Source: Acidimicrobiales bacterium (GTDB taxonomy: Bacteria > Actinomycetota > Acidimicrobiia > Acidimicrobiales > Bog-793). From it: 35,401 nt of DNA. This document shows, piece after piece, positions 17,214 through 26,146 of the stretch (the first letter of the stretch is position 1; each line of letters starts with the position of its first letter). A program made the translations under genes and the position numbers. The notes beneath the pieces are model-generated. The model saw nothing but the letters and a program-made list of their open reading frames with translations. It made no database searches and was not told where the DNA came from. The stretch covers positions 1 to 35,401 of the forward strand of contig DASPSK010000325.1 in assembly GCA_035623975.1 (NCBI GenBank). The letters are read 5' to 3'.

Positions 17214-18329
17214 ATGAGCGGCGTGCGAGTGCTCGTGGGCACGAGGAAGGGCGCCTTCATCTTGACCTCGGACGGCAAGCGCGAGGCGTGGGACATCGGC
17301 GGTCCCTACTTTGCCGGCTGGGAGATCTACCACGTCACTGGATCGCCGGCCGACCCGGACCGCCTCTACGCCTCTCAATCCAACAGCTGGTTCGGGCAGC
17401 TCATCCAGCGATCCGAGGACGGTGGGTCGACATGGGCTCCCGTAGGGAACCAGTTCCAGTACGACGGTGTGCCTGGGACGCACCAGTGGTACGACGGCAC
17501 CCCGCACCCGTGGGAATTCGCACGTGTCTGGCATCTCGAGCCGTCCTTGACCGATCCCGACACCGTCCTTGCCGGCGTGGAGGACGCCGCCCTGTTTCGC
17601 ACGACGGACGGCGGCCACAGCTGGCATGAGCTCCCCGGCCTTCGCGGTCACGGATCGGGGTCGTCCTGGCAACCGGGAGCCGGCGGGATGTGCTTGCACA
17701 CAGTGATCGTGGATCCGAGCGATGCGGAGCGCATCTTCGTGGCCATCTCGGCCGCCGGGGTGTTCCGGACCGACGACGGTGGCGAGACGTGGCGTCCTGT
17801 GAACCACGGTCTTCAGTCCGACGGCATCCCGGATCCAGACGCGGAGGTTGGCCACTGCGTTCACCACGTCGCCATGCATCCTTCCCGCCCGGCGGTGTTG
17901 TACATGCAGAAGCACTGGGACGTGATGCGCAGCGACAACGCCGGGGAGTCCTGGGAGGAGGTCAGCGGAGACCTACCGACGGATTTCGGTTTCGCCATCG
18001 ACGTGCATGCACACGAGCCGGAGACCATCTACGTCGTCCCGATCAAGAGCGACTCGGAGCACTTCCCCCTGGACGGCAGGCTGCGCGTGTACCGCAGCCG
18101 GACCGGGGGCAACGAGTGGGAGCCGCTCACGGAGGGCCTCCCCCAGAGCAACTGCTACGTCAACGTCCTCCGCGACGCCATGGCCGTTGACTCGCTTGAC
18201 TCCTGCGGCGTGTATTTCGGGACGACCGGCGGCCAGGTCTATACCTCCGCCGACGCCGGCAACACCTGGGCACCGATCGTGCGCGATCTGCCGGCCGTTC
18301 TCTCTGTCGAGGTCCAGACGTTGCCATGA
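17214..18329 (+). CDS. BNR/Asp-box repeat beta-propeller protein (sialidase-like / Ycf48-like fold, 371 aa, no signal peptide)
   Basis: Six Asp-boxes: [51 protein letters not shown] at 17214 is preceded by GGGAGGAG. Confidence 0.85.
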   Translation: MSGVRVLVGTRKGAFILTSDGKREAWDIGGPYFAGWEIYHVTGSPADPDRLYASQSNSWFGQLIQRSEDGGSTWAPVGNQFQYDGVPGTHQWYDGTPHPWEFARVWHLEPSLTDPDTVLAGVEDAALFRTTDGGHSWHELPGLRGHGSGSSWQPGAGGMCLHTVIVDPSDAERIFVAISAAGVFRTDDGGETWRPVNHGLQSDGIPDPDAEVGHCVHHVAMHPSRPAVLYMQKHWDVMRSDNAGESWEEVSGDLPTDFGFAIDVHAHEPETIYVVPIKSDSEHFPLDGRLRVYRSRTGGNEWEPLTEGLPQSNCYVNVLRDAMAVDSLDSCGVYFGTTGGQVYTSADAGNTWAPIVRDLPAVLSVEVQTLP

Positions 18330-18622
18330 TCCGCGTCCGGCTCCCCGCTCACCTGCGGACGCTTGCGCACGTGGACCAGGAGGTGGAGCTCGAGGTCATC
18401 GGTCAGCCGACCCAGCGCGCCGTGATCGACGCACTCGAAGCTCGCTACCCGGCCCTGCAAGGCACGCTCCGAGACCCCGCGACCCACAGGCGCCGAGCCC
18501 ACGTACGCTTCTTCGCCTGCGAGGAGGACCTGTCCCACGAACCCCCGGACGCGCCCCTGCCAGAGGCCGTGGTGACCGGTGCGGAGCCGTTCTTCGTGAT
18601 CGGTGCGATGGCGGGCGGGTAG
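18326..18622 (+). CDS. MoaD/ThiS-family ubiquitin-like beta-grasp protein ending in Gly-Gly (98 aa)
   Basis: ATGA overlap with the BNR gene stop. The [11 protein letters not shown]... pattern and size are typical of MoaD/ThiS. The C-terminus is ...VIGAMAGG followed by the stop. Confidence 0.8.
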   Translation: MIRVRLPAHLRTLAHVDQEVELEVIGQPTQRAVIDALEARYPALQGTLRDPATHRRRAHVRFFACEEDLSHEPPDAPLPEAVVTGAEPFFVIGAMAGG

Positions 18623-18639
18623 ACGCCGACCTGCGGTCG

Positions 18640-18970
18640 GTTGAGCGACAGGGCGCCTGGCGGAGCCCGGTCTGCGCCGATGGGTCTCGCCTGTCGACGG
18701 CCGGGCCCGCCCGCCAGCCCGGGAGACCTGCCCTGCTGTATCCCCTCCGTGACCTTGCCGGACTGGATGGCCGTGATGTAGGCGGAAGTGGCGGAGGTGT
18801 CCCCCCTTGCCCGCACCGACGCACTCCACCTCGGCCACGCCCGTGGCCGTGATCGAGCCGGCCACGGTCAAGGACATCGCCCCGTAATTCTCCGGCGTGC
18901 TCGAGGATCCGAGGAGACCGACGTCGACGCTGTCGCTCGCCGTGCCCCGGACAAGGGTGCACTCGGTCAA
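18640..18970 (-). pseudogene. coding-like segment with an apparent frameshift at a G6/C6 run and no clean stop (gene remnant?)
   Basis: From TTG at 18970 the frame has almost uniformly G/C third positions (TECTLVRGTASDSVDVGLL...AEVECVGAGKGG) until the C6 run at 18801-18806. The high-GC3 signal then continues in another frame (DTSATSAYITAIQSGKVTEG...). All three minus frames stay open into the MoaD gene. Confidence 0.3.
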
Positions 18971-18990
18971 TCAGAGGCGTTGCGCGTCGT

Positions 18991-21492
18991 TCAGCTCAGG
19001 GCGGAGCCGATCGTTTGCCCGGACGCCACGCCATGTTCGACGAAGAAGCTCTCGAGTGCTGGCGGGTCGAGCGGCCGGGCGAAGAGGTACCCCTGACCGC
19101 ACGAGCAACCCGCATCCCGCAACCGCCCGAGCTGATCTCGAGTCTCTATGCCCTCGGCGACGGTCTTCAGCCCGAGCACACCCCCGAGTTGCACGAGCGC
19201 CCGGATCAGGGCGCCCTGGTCCGCCGACTCCGGTGCGCCCGATACGAACGAGCGGTCGATCTTCAGCTCGTCCACCGGGAATCGTTGCAGGTACGCCAGC
19301 GACGAGTAGCCGGTCCCGAAGTCGTCGATCGAGAGCCTGACGCCGAGCTGCTTCAGCTGGGCGAGCCTGCGAACGGTGACGTCGGTGTCACGCATGATCG
19401 TGCTCTCGGTGATCTCGAGGGTGAGCAGACTCGGATCGAGGTTGGAGCGCTCCAGCGCCTCCTGCACGAAAGCGACCAGGGCGTCGGACTCCAGCTGGCG
19501 GGCCGACACGTTTACGGACACGCCGATGCCGCCGTAGCCAGCCTCGTGCCAGGCGCTGACCTGGCGGCAGCTCTCTTCGAGCACGATCCTGCCGACGGCG
19601 GAGATCAGTCCAGACTCCTCCAAGGCCGGTACGAACGCCGCCGGGGCGACGACTCCTCGGGAGGGGTGGTGCCATCGGACGAGCGCCTCCACTTTGACGA
19701 CCGATCCGTCATCGAGATTGAGGATCGGCTGGTACAGCACTCGGAACTGATCGAGGTTGAGCGCCGTCTGCAGCTCGGTCTCGAGCTCGATCCGATCCGA
19801 CAAGGTGGTGTGCACGTCCGGGTCGAAGATCACGTACTGGTTCGGGCCTCGCGTTTTGGCCTCGTAGAGGGCGACATCGGCGTCCTTGAGCAGCTGCTCG
19901 GCGCTCGTACGCATGCCCGTGGCCACGCCGATGCTGACGCCCATCGAGATCTCGAGGCCACCGGAGAGCTCGTAGGGCTCAGCGAGCACGGCCAGCAGGC
20001 GCTCGGCGATGAGCTCCGCCCCCGCCGCCACCGACGAGCCCTCGGCGAGGACGACGAACTCGTCACCCCCCAGACGTCCGACGCTGTCCGAGGCCCGTGT
20101 GGTCACCGCCATGCGGCTGGCGACGGCGCCCAGCAGTTCGTCGCCGATGTCGTGGCCGTACGAGTCGTTGATGAGCTTGAACCCATCGAGGTCGACGACG
20201 AGCACGGCCACGCGCAGGTGGCGGTCTCTTTCCGCCCGGGCCAGCATCTGCTTCGCCCGGTCGAAGATGAGTGTCCGGTTCGGCAGTCCCGTCAATGCGT
20301 CGTGCAAAGCCTGGTGCTCCAGCTCGCGTGTGCGTTCGTCCACCAGTTCGAGCGCCCGGGCGCGAGATCGACTGAGCAGCTGGATGAGCAGGAACAGGAG
20401 CAGGGAAATGACGAGACCGACGGCGAGGACGGCCATTCCCTGCGCCCCGGCGGGTACGCCGGTGTTGCCCGCCGGCGGGGTGGTGAACTCGGCCACCCAA
20501 CCATTGCCGAGTCGCAGCTTGACCGCGGCGGCGCCCGCGGGCACGGAGCCGAGCTGCTGGATGAGCACGGTGGTGCCGTTCGGGTTGTCGTACTGGAGGG
20601 CGAGGGCCTCGGCGTGCTCGCGCTGGAGAACCGGGGTGAGGATCTGGCCGGCGTCGAAGAGGGTGAGGACCCAACCCTGCAGGGCGCTGTCGCGTGCGGC
20701 CGCCCTCTGGGGGACGACCCCTCCCCGGTACACGGGCGAGAAGACCGCCATCAGCCCGGTCTGCGACAGGAAGGAGGTGGGGGCGACCCGTGCCGCCCCG
20801 AGGACGCGCTCGGCGAACAGCGAGACGAGGGTGGACACGGTCGGCTGCCCCGTCGAGGCGGCACTGGCCAGCAGCGAATCCACCTGCTGGGCGCAGTAAT
20901 CGAAGTCGGGATTGACGTAGGAAGCGAAGCGGATGAGCAGCGACGTCGAGAGCTTGGCCGGAAGGTTGCTGGCGGCGACGACACCGAATCGCGTCAAACA
21001 ATACGGTCCGTGCGATCCGGCCGGAGTCACCGCGAAGTTGCCGGCAAGGGGGATCCCGAAGGGGGGGTCGGCCTTGGCGAGGGAGGCAAAGCGCCCAAGA
21101 CGTTTCGAAGGCACCAGCTCGATGTAGGTCAAGCCGAGGGCCCCTGGGTAGGGCACGCGAGCGTCGAGTATGGAGAACCACCGCGCCAGCTCTTGGTTCG
21201 TGAGCCCGGGTGTGGTGGCAAACAGCGTGGCGGCAGTGCCGGTGAAGTCGCCGTCGCGCTGCAGCGCGCTCGCAAGGGTCGCGGATGCACCCGACGCCAG
21301 CGTTCGGGATGTCTCCGCCTGCTGGGTGCGCACATACGACCGCCATGCTCGATCGCCGAGGGCTGATGCACTGATGCCGACGAGCAGGATGCTGATGGCA
21401 ACGAGACTCCAGTGGCGGATGCGGGCAGGCTCGCGGTCGCTCGACCGGTGGTCGCTGGACGCGAACGACGGGCCCCTCGAGCGATTCCGCAC
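18991..21492 (-). CDS. membrane-anchored sensor diguanylate cyclase/phosphodiesterase (TM, roughly 300-aa extracytoplasmic domain, TM, GGDEF, EAL)
   Basis: GGDEF site RLGGDEFVV with an RxxD I-site (RASD) five residues upstream. EAL domain motifs present: EALVRW, DDFGTGYSSL, KIDRSF, AEGIET, GQGYLFARP. Two TM helices flank the sensor domain. GTG start. Confidence 0.9.
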   Translation of the reverse strand: MRNRSRGPSFASSDHRSSDREPARIRHWSLVAISILLVGISASALGDRAWRSYVRTQQAETSRTLASGASATLASALQRDGDFTGTAATLFATTPGLTNQELARWFSILDARVPYPGALGLTYIELVPSKRLGRFASLAKADPPFGIPLAGNFAVTPAGSHGPYCLTRFGVVAASNLPAKLSTSLLIRFASYVNPDFDYCAQQVDSLLASAASTGQPTVSTLVSLFAERVLGAARVAPTSFLSQTGLMAVFSPVYRGGVVPQRAAARDSALQGWVLTLFDAGQILTPVLQREHAEALALQYDNPNGTTVLIQQLGSVPAGAAAVKLRLGNGWVAEFTTPPAGNTGVPAGAQGMAVLAVGLVISLLLFLLIQLLSRSRARALELVDERTRELEHQALHDALTGLPNRTLIFDRAKQMLARAERDRHLRVAVLVVDLDGFKLINDSYGHDIGDELLGAVASRMAVTTRASDSVGRLGGDEFVVLAEGSSVAAGAELIAERLLAVLAEPYELSGGLEISMGVSIGVATGMRTSAEQLLKDADVALYEAKTRGPNQYVIFDPDVHTTLSDRIELETELQTALNLDQFRVLYQPILNLDDGSVVKVEALVRWHHPSRGVVAPAAFVPALEESGLISAVGRIVLEESCRQVSAWHEAGYGGIGVSVNVSARQLESDALVAFVQEALERSNLDPSLLTLEITESTIMRDTDVTVRRLAQLKQLGVRLSIDDFGTGYSSLAYLQRFPVDELKIDRSFVSGAPESADQGALIRALVQLGGVLGLKTVAEGIETRDQLGRLRDAGCSCGQGYLFARPLDPPALESFFVEHGVASGQTIGSALS

Positions 21493-21571
21493 CCGACGAT
21501 TATCGGCGTGTCAGTCGGCTGCCTGTAGCGACTCTACCTGCGCTGACCTGGAGGGGGGCCGTCCACAGGCG

Positions 21572-22078
21572 TCAGGATCCGGGTGGAGGTGCCTCGCCCG
21601 GCGGGAACCGCCCCATCTCCGCCCCGAGCGTCTTGCCGATGTTTGCCACGTGCAGGTGGATCTCATCGAGCAGGTCGGTGTTCTGTTTGACTTGCGACGT
21701 GAGGGCGGTGTTCTCTGCCAGCAGCGTCTTGATGTCGTCAGTGTTGTGTTCCGTGTGAAGGGCGATCTCGGACGAGATGGCGTCAGCTCTCTTGGCGGCG
21801 ATCAGCAGAGCTGCCGCCTGGACGCCGGCGAGCATGGAGAGAAATAGGTTCAACAAGATGTACGGGTAGGGGTCGAACGCCTTGTGGTGGAGCACCCGCT
21901 CGAGCACGAAGGTGTTGATCACAGCCCAGAGGATCATGATGGCGAAGAAGGCGAACACGAAGGGCCAGGACCCCATCATGTTGCGCATTCGATCTGCTGC
22001 TCGCTCGCCCCGCGAGAGCTGTTCGCCCGATCGCACCCCCGGGTGCCTGTGCCAGTGACTCTGCCACGGTTTCACCAT
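21572..22078 (-). CDS. DUF1003-family membrane protein (168 aa)
   Basis: Contains GSWPFVFAFFAIMILWAVINT...FDPYPYILLNLFLSMLAGVQAAALLIA and a C-terminal coiled region, typical of DUF1003. ATG at 22078. The upstream part of the 299-aa track ORF is Arg-rich noise. Confidence 0.75.
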   Translation of the reverse strand: MVKPWQSHWHRHPGVRSGEQLSRGERAADRMRNMMGSWPFVFAFFAIMILWAVINTFVLERVLHHKAFDPYPYILLNLFLSMLAGVQAAALLIAAKRADAISSEIALHTEHNTDDIKTLLAENTALTSQVKQNTDLLDEIHLHVANIGKTLGAEMGRFPPGEAPPPGS

Positions 22079-22253
22079 GGCGATCATGGTGGCACACCTC
22101 GGAACGCTCACGATGCATGGCGGCTGCCGCCACGCGCGGCTCCCAGCCATCCTGGACGCTGTTGTGCCGGGTGCCGCGGCCGCTCCGAGCAACCTGGCAG
22201 CATCGCGGTGTGCGAGTCGCCCGTTGCCACCCCATTCGAGCAGGATCACTGTC

Positions 22254-23066
22254 ATGAACGACGACGTGTACGAGCGCGAGTTGCTCCGCCTGCAGACAGA
22301 GCTCGTGAAGATGCAGGAATGGGTGCGGCAGGAGCGCCGCCGCCTCGTGGTCCTCTTCGAGGGCCGGGACGCCGCCGGCAAGGGAGGGATCATCAAGCGC
22401 ATCACCGAGTACCTGAACCCCCGCTGGTGCCGCGTCGCCGCCTTGCCCGCCCCGACGGAGCGAGAGCGCACACAGTGGTACTTCCAGCGCTACGTCGAGC
22501 ACCTCCCCGCCGGCGGTGAGATCGTGCTCTTCGACCGCAGTTGGTACAACCGGGCGGGAGTCGAGCGAGTGATGGGCTTTTGCACCGAAGAGGAGGTGGA
22601 GCGGTTCTTCCGCCAGTGCCCGGCGTTCGAGCGGATGCTGCTCGACGACGGCATCATCCTCGTCAAGTACTGGTTCTCCGTCTCGGACGAGGAGCAGGAC
22701 AAGCGGTTCAAGGGTCGCCTCAAGGACCCGCTCAGGCGCTGGAAGCTGAGCGACATGGATCTGGAGGGGCGGAACCGCTGGGTCGAGTACTCAAGGGCGA
22801 AGGACGAGATGTTCGCCTACTGCGACATCCCCGACTCCCCCTGGTGGGATGTGGAGGCGGACGACAAGCAGCGGGCGCGCATCAACTGCATGGCACACCT
22901 GCTCTCGGTGGTCCCCTATGCGCCGCGGAAGATCCCGAAGCCGGCGTGGAAGCCGCGACCCAAGGCGGACGACTACAAGCGCCCGCCGCGGGACCGCTAC
23001 CGCTACGTGCCCGACCACGCCGCCACCCTCTCCGGACCGGCTCGATCCCGCCCGGGGCGATCGTAG
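22254..23066 (+). CDS. ppk2: polyphosphate kinase 2 family protein
   Basis: Reads YERELLRLQTELVKMQEWV...VVLFEGRDAAGKGG (PPK2 Walker A) and ...FDRSWYNRAGVERVMGF. ATG at 22254. Confidence 0.9.
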   Translation: MNDDVYERELLRLQTELVKMQEWVRQERRRLVVLFEGRDAAGKGGIIKRITEYLNPRWCRVAALPAPTERERTQWYFQRYVEHLPAGGEIVLFDRSWYNRAGVERVMGFCTEEEVERFFRQCPAFERMLLDDGIILVKYWFSVSDEEQDKRFKGRLKDPLRRWKLSDMDLEGRNRWVEYSRAKDEMFAYCDIPDSPWWDVEADDKQRARINCMAHLLSVVPYAPRKIPKPAWKPRPKADDYKRPPRDRYRYVPDHAATLSGPARSRPGRS

Positions 23067-23142
23067 GCTCTCGAGGTGTTCAGGCCGAAGAGCGATCGAG
23101 GCCCTAGGAACCGAGGTCGGAGCGAGAGGGGGAAGGAGTCGC

Positions 23143-23589
23143 ATGCCTCTTACGGGTGAGTACGAGCCGAGCCCGGCCGACTGGGTGCGAGAGCAGGTCG
23201 AGGAGTACGAGCGCTCGGGCGGCGAGCGAGCCAACACGCTGCGGGACACCGGCCTCCCCGTCATCGTTACGACGACGCGGGGCCGACGCACCGGCAAGCT
23301 GCGCAAATCGCCCCTCATGAGGGTCGAGCACGGCGGGGACTACGCCCTCGTCGCCTCGAAAGGCGGCGCCCCCTCCCACCCGCTCTGGTACCTCAACATC
23401 ATGGCCGAGCCCGACGCCGTCACGGTGCAGGACGGCCCGGAGCCCTTTGACGTGAAGGTGCGCGAGCTGAGCGGCCCCGAGCGAGATCTCTGGTGGCAGC
23501 GGGCGGTCGAGGCCTACCCGCCGTACGCCGACTACCAGCTCAACACGGACCGTCAGATCCCCGTGCTCCTCGCGAGCCGCGTGCGCTGA
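23143..23589 (+). CDS. deazaflavin (F420)-dependent nitroreductase-family oxidoreductase (Ddn-like)
   Basis: Contains RRTGKLRKSPLM...GGAPSHPLWYLNIMAEPDAVTVQDG...LWWQRAVEAYPPYADYQ, characteristic of the family. GGAAGGAG RBS upstream of the ATG at 23143. Confidence 0.8.
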   Translation: MPLTGEYEPSPADWVREQVEEYERSGGERANTLRDTGLPVIVTTTRGRRTGKLRKSPLMRVEHGGDYALVASKGGAPSHPLWYLNIMAEPDAVTVQDGPEPFDVKVRELSGPERDLWWQRAVEAYPPYADYQLNTDRQIPVLLASRVR

Positions 23590-23595
23590 GCTGGC

Positions 23596-24636
23596 TCAGC
23601 CGGCGGGGAGGTAGCGGTAGACCTCGCCGTCCAGCACACGGGCGACGCGCCCTTGGGCGATGAGCAGTGCCAGGTGAGCACCCGTCTCGGCTACGGCGAG
23701 CATCTGGTTGAAATGATCGAGCTCGTCGAGGGTGCGCTCCCGTCGGGTCCATCGGAGCAGGCCGGCAACGTCGAAGGCGGTCTCGCCGCCGACGCCCACG
23801 GCTGCCTCGACCTCCGCCAGCCGCCTGCCGTGGTGGTCGACGAGCTCGTCGACGCGGGCGTGCACACTCGCAGCCACAGGACCGTGAGCGGGCAGGAGGA
23901 GGGCGTCCGGCCGTGCGCGGACGCGGGCGAGGGCACCGAGGAACTCGCCCAGCGGGTCGAGCGACAGCAGCGGCTCGAATCCGATGGAGGGCGTAATCGC
24001 CGGCAGCACGTGATCGCCGGCGAAGAGCAGCCGGCCGGCGAGGTCGTGGAAGACGACGTGACCTCGCGTGTGGCCGGGGGTTTCGATGACGGTGAGCTCG
24101 CGGCCGGAGGCGACGACGACCTCCCCGTCTCCGAGCCAGTCGTCGGGAAACTCCCACTCGGAGCGGTCAGGCGGCTCGTGCCCGGCCATGCCGGCGACGA
24201 TCTCCTCCACGAGCCGGCCCGCTCCGTAGCGAAGAAGCTGGTGGAGCTGCGGCTCGAGGGGCGGCCGGTCCGGGTCCTGGAGGATCTCGAGGGACGACCG
24301 CTCGCCGGCGCCGAGGCTCACCTTCGTGCCGAACTCCCGGCGCAACGTGATCGCCTGGGTGAAGTGGTCCCGGTGGATGTGAGTGATGAGAAACCGGTCG
24401 ATGTCGCCAATCGAGCAGTCGAGCGACTCGAGTGCGGCCTCGAGGCGCTCGCGTGCGTCCGGGACCGCCCAGCCGGAATCGATGAGGAGGAGACCGCTCC
24501 CGTCCAACACGGCATAGACGTTGACGGCGCGGAGGTTGTCGTTCGGCAGCGGCAAGGGGATCCGATGGACTCCGGGAGCAACCTCCTCGACGGCGGCAGC
24601 CGTCCAGTCGTCCCTCCCGCCCGGCTTCTCGCTCAT
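23596..24636 (-). CDS. MBL-fold metallo-hydrolase (346 aa)
   Basis: HxHxDH motif ITHIHRDH, plus downstream His/Asp ligand positions (TPGHTRGH, GDHV). ATG at 24636. The rest of the 671-aa track ORF is upstream run-on. Confidence 0.85.
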   Translation of the reverse strand: MSEKPGGRDDWTAAAVEEVAPGVHRIPLPLPNDNLRAVNVYAVLDGSGLLLIDSGWAVPDARERLEAALESLDCSIGDIDRFLITHIHRDHFTQAITLRREFGTKVSLGAGERSSLEILQDPDRPPLEPQLHQLLRYGAGRLVEEIVAGMAGHEPPDRSEWEFPDDWLGDGEVVVASGRELTVIETPGHTRGHVVFHDLAGRLLFAGDHVLPAITPSIGFEPLLSLDPLGEFLGALARVRARPDALLLPAHGPVAASVHARVDELVDHHGRRLAEVEAAVGVGGETAFDVAGLLRWTRRERTLDELDHFNQMLAVAETGAHLALLIAQGRVARVLDGEVYRYLPAG

Positions 24637-24843
24637 CGTCGGCCTTCCTGTCACCGCCGTGCCCCGTCGAGGCGCCGCGAAGGCTGCGGATCCTGGCAGA
24701 GGACGGATTTGGGTCTTTCGACTCTTCACAGCCACGCCTCGCCGGCCCAGTATTGCCCCGAAGAGGACGAAACAAGGACGCAGGGGTCTGGCTTGGCCGA
24801 ACCTTAGTCGTGGCTGGCTGGGCGGCTCCGGAGAGGGGTGCCC

Positions 24844-26073
24844 ATGAGGCGCACCAGCATCGTTTTGATCATTTGCGGAGTGCTGTTCCTCGCGGGCGCC
24901 GGAGCCTGGACCACCTTCGCCGGCTCGAAGCTCGTGAAGCTCCCGCTCAACACGAACACGACCTTGCAGTACACGGGTCACTTCGTCACTTACGTCAACG
25001 CCAGCACAGGTGCCGCGCTCGCGCGACCGGTGTCGACGGCGCTCACGATCGACCGCACGATCAAGGGGGTTGCTTCGGAGAGCAGCTCGAGCACGGCCAT
25101 CCTCACCGAGCACCTCGCCCTCCACTACGCCGGCACGACGCTGTACGAGAACAACGTCTATGCCATCAATCGCACTTCGATGGACAACGTCGCGAGCGCC
25201 CGCGCCTACACCTTTGCCCGCGGTAACCCCTACCCGGCGGTCGGGAGCTACTACTTGACGCTCCCGATGAACATCAAGCCCGGCGTCACCCGGATGAACA
25301 TCTGGAAGCCTGAGACCGCCACCACCTATCCGCTCGTGGCGCTCCGCTCCGGAGCAGAGCCGTCGAGCCTCGACGGGCTGAGTGTGGCCTGGTTCTCCGG
25401 AGTGCTGCCGCTGACGCCGGTGGCGCCCTACGAGCGCACGGCGCTCGCTCAGCGGGGGCTGCCGATGACGATCACCCCGGCGAGTGTCGAAGCCAAGCTG
25501 ACGTCCGAAGGCGTCCCGGTTGCTGCGCTCACGGCGACGCTCATCCCGAAGCTCACCCCGACTCAGCTGCATGAGGTCCTCACCGTGCTGTCGACCCCGG
25601 TCGCCCTGCACTACTACGCCTTCGGGTCGGGACTGGTGGCCACGAACACGAGGACGGGAGCCATCATCAAGCTACAGAGCCTCATCGACGGCATCGCCGT
25701 GGCGCCCGAGACGAACGGGCTGCACACCCTCATCGGCGTCATGACGGCTTACCCGTCCGTGAAGGGCGTGCCCGCGGCGCTTCGTGCGCTCCGCACCCTT
25801 GCGGCCGCCCCCCCACAGCCGGTTTATGAGCTGCAGTACACGCAGACTCCGGCCGCGGTCGCCCTCATGGTGAGCAACACGAAGTCGCAGCTCCGCCAGA
25901 TCTCGCTCGTCACCTACTACATCCCGATCGGCCTCCTCGTCCTCGGCCTGCTCCTGCTCGCCGGCGGCATCGTCCTGAGGCTGCGTCGTCGGCGCATGCT
26001 TGCGGCGCTGGCCGTGCCCACTCCCGTGCCCACCCCGTCGGAGGAGCCGAAGCCGGCACGGCGCGTGGCGTGA
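24844..26073 (+). CDS. PorA-family / DUF3068 actinobacterial envelope protein
   Basis: N-terminal TM (IVLIICGVLFLAGAGAW), a large extracytoplasmic body, a C-terminal TM (YYIPIGLLVLGLLLLAGGIVL) and a Pro-rich tail. This matches DUF3068 architecture from memory, not from a search. Confidence 0.7.
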   Translation: MRRTSIVLIICGVLFLAGAGAWTTFAGSKLVKLPLNTNTTLQYTGHFVTYVNASTGAALARPVSTALTIDRTIKGVASESSSSTAILTEHLALHYAGTTLYENNVYAINRTSMDNVASARAYTFARGNPYPAVGSYYLTLPMNIKPGVTRMNIWKPETATTYPLVALRSGAEPSSLDGLSVAWFSGVLPLTPVAPYERTALAQRGLPMTITPASVEAKLTSEGVPVAALTATLIPKLTPTQLHEVLTVLSTPVALHYYAFGSGLVATNTRTGAIIKLQSLIDGIAVAPETNGLHTLIGVMTAYPSVKGVPAALRALRTLAAAPPQPVYELQYTQTPAAVALMVSNTKSQLRQISLVTYYIPIGLLVLGLLLLAGGIVLRLRRRRMLAALAVPTPVPTPSEEPKPARRVA

Positions 26074-26146
26074 GCGGCGCCGTCCTGCGCCCAACGCCAT
26101 TGACGGCAACGCCATTGCCCAGCAGGCAAGAGGAGGGGGTCTCGCC

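Noticed and set aside
19015-21366. 783-aa plus-strand ORF, and the 427-aa minus-strand ORF at 20063-21346.
   Set aside because: They are antisense or out of frame relative to the GGDEF-EAL gene. Their low-complexity Arg/Gly/Asp-rich products are typical open shadow frames in high-GC DNA.
24637-25611. Upstream 325 codons of the 671-aa minus ORF containing the MBL hydrolase.
   Set aside because: It overlaps the PorA-like gene on the opposite strand and has an Arg/Gly-rich composition. The MBL homology and a good ATG begin at 24636.
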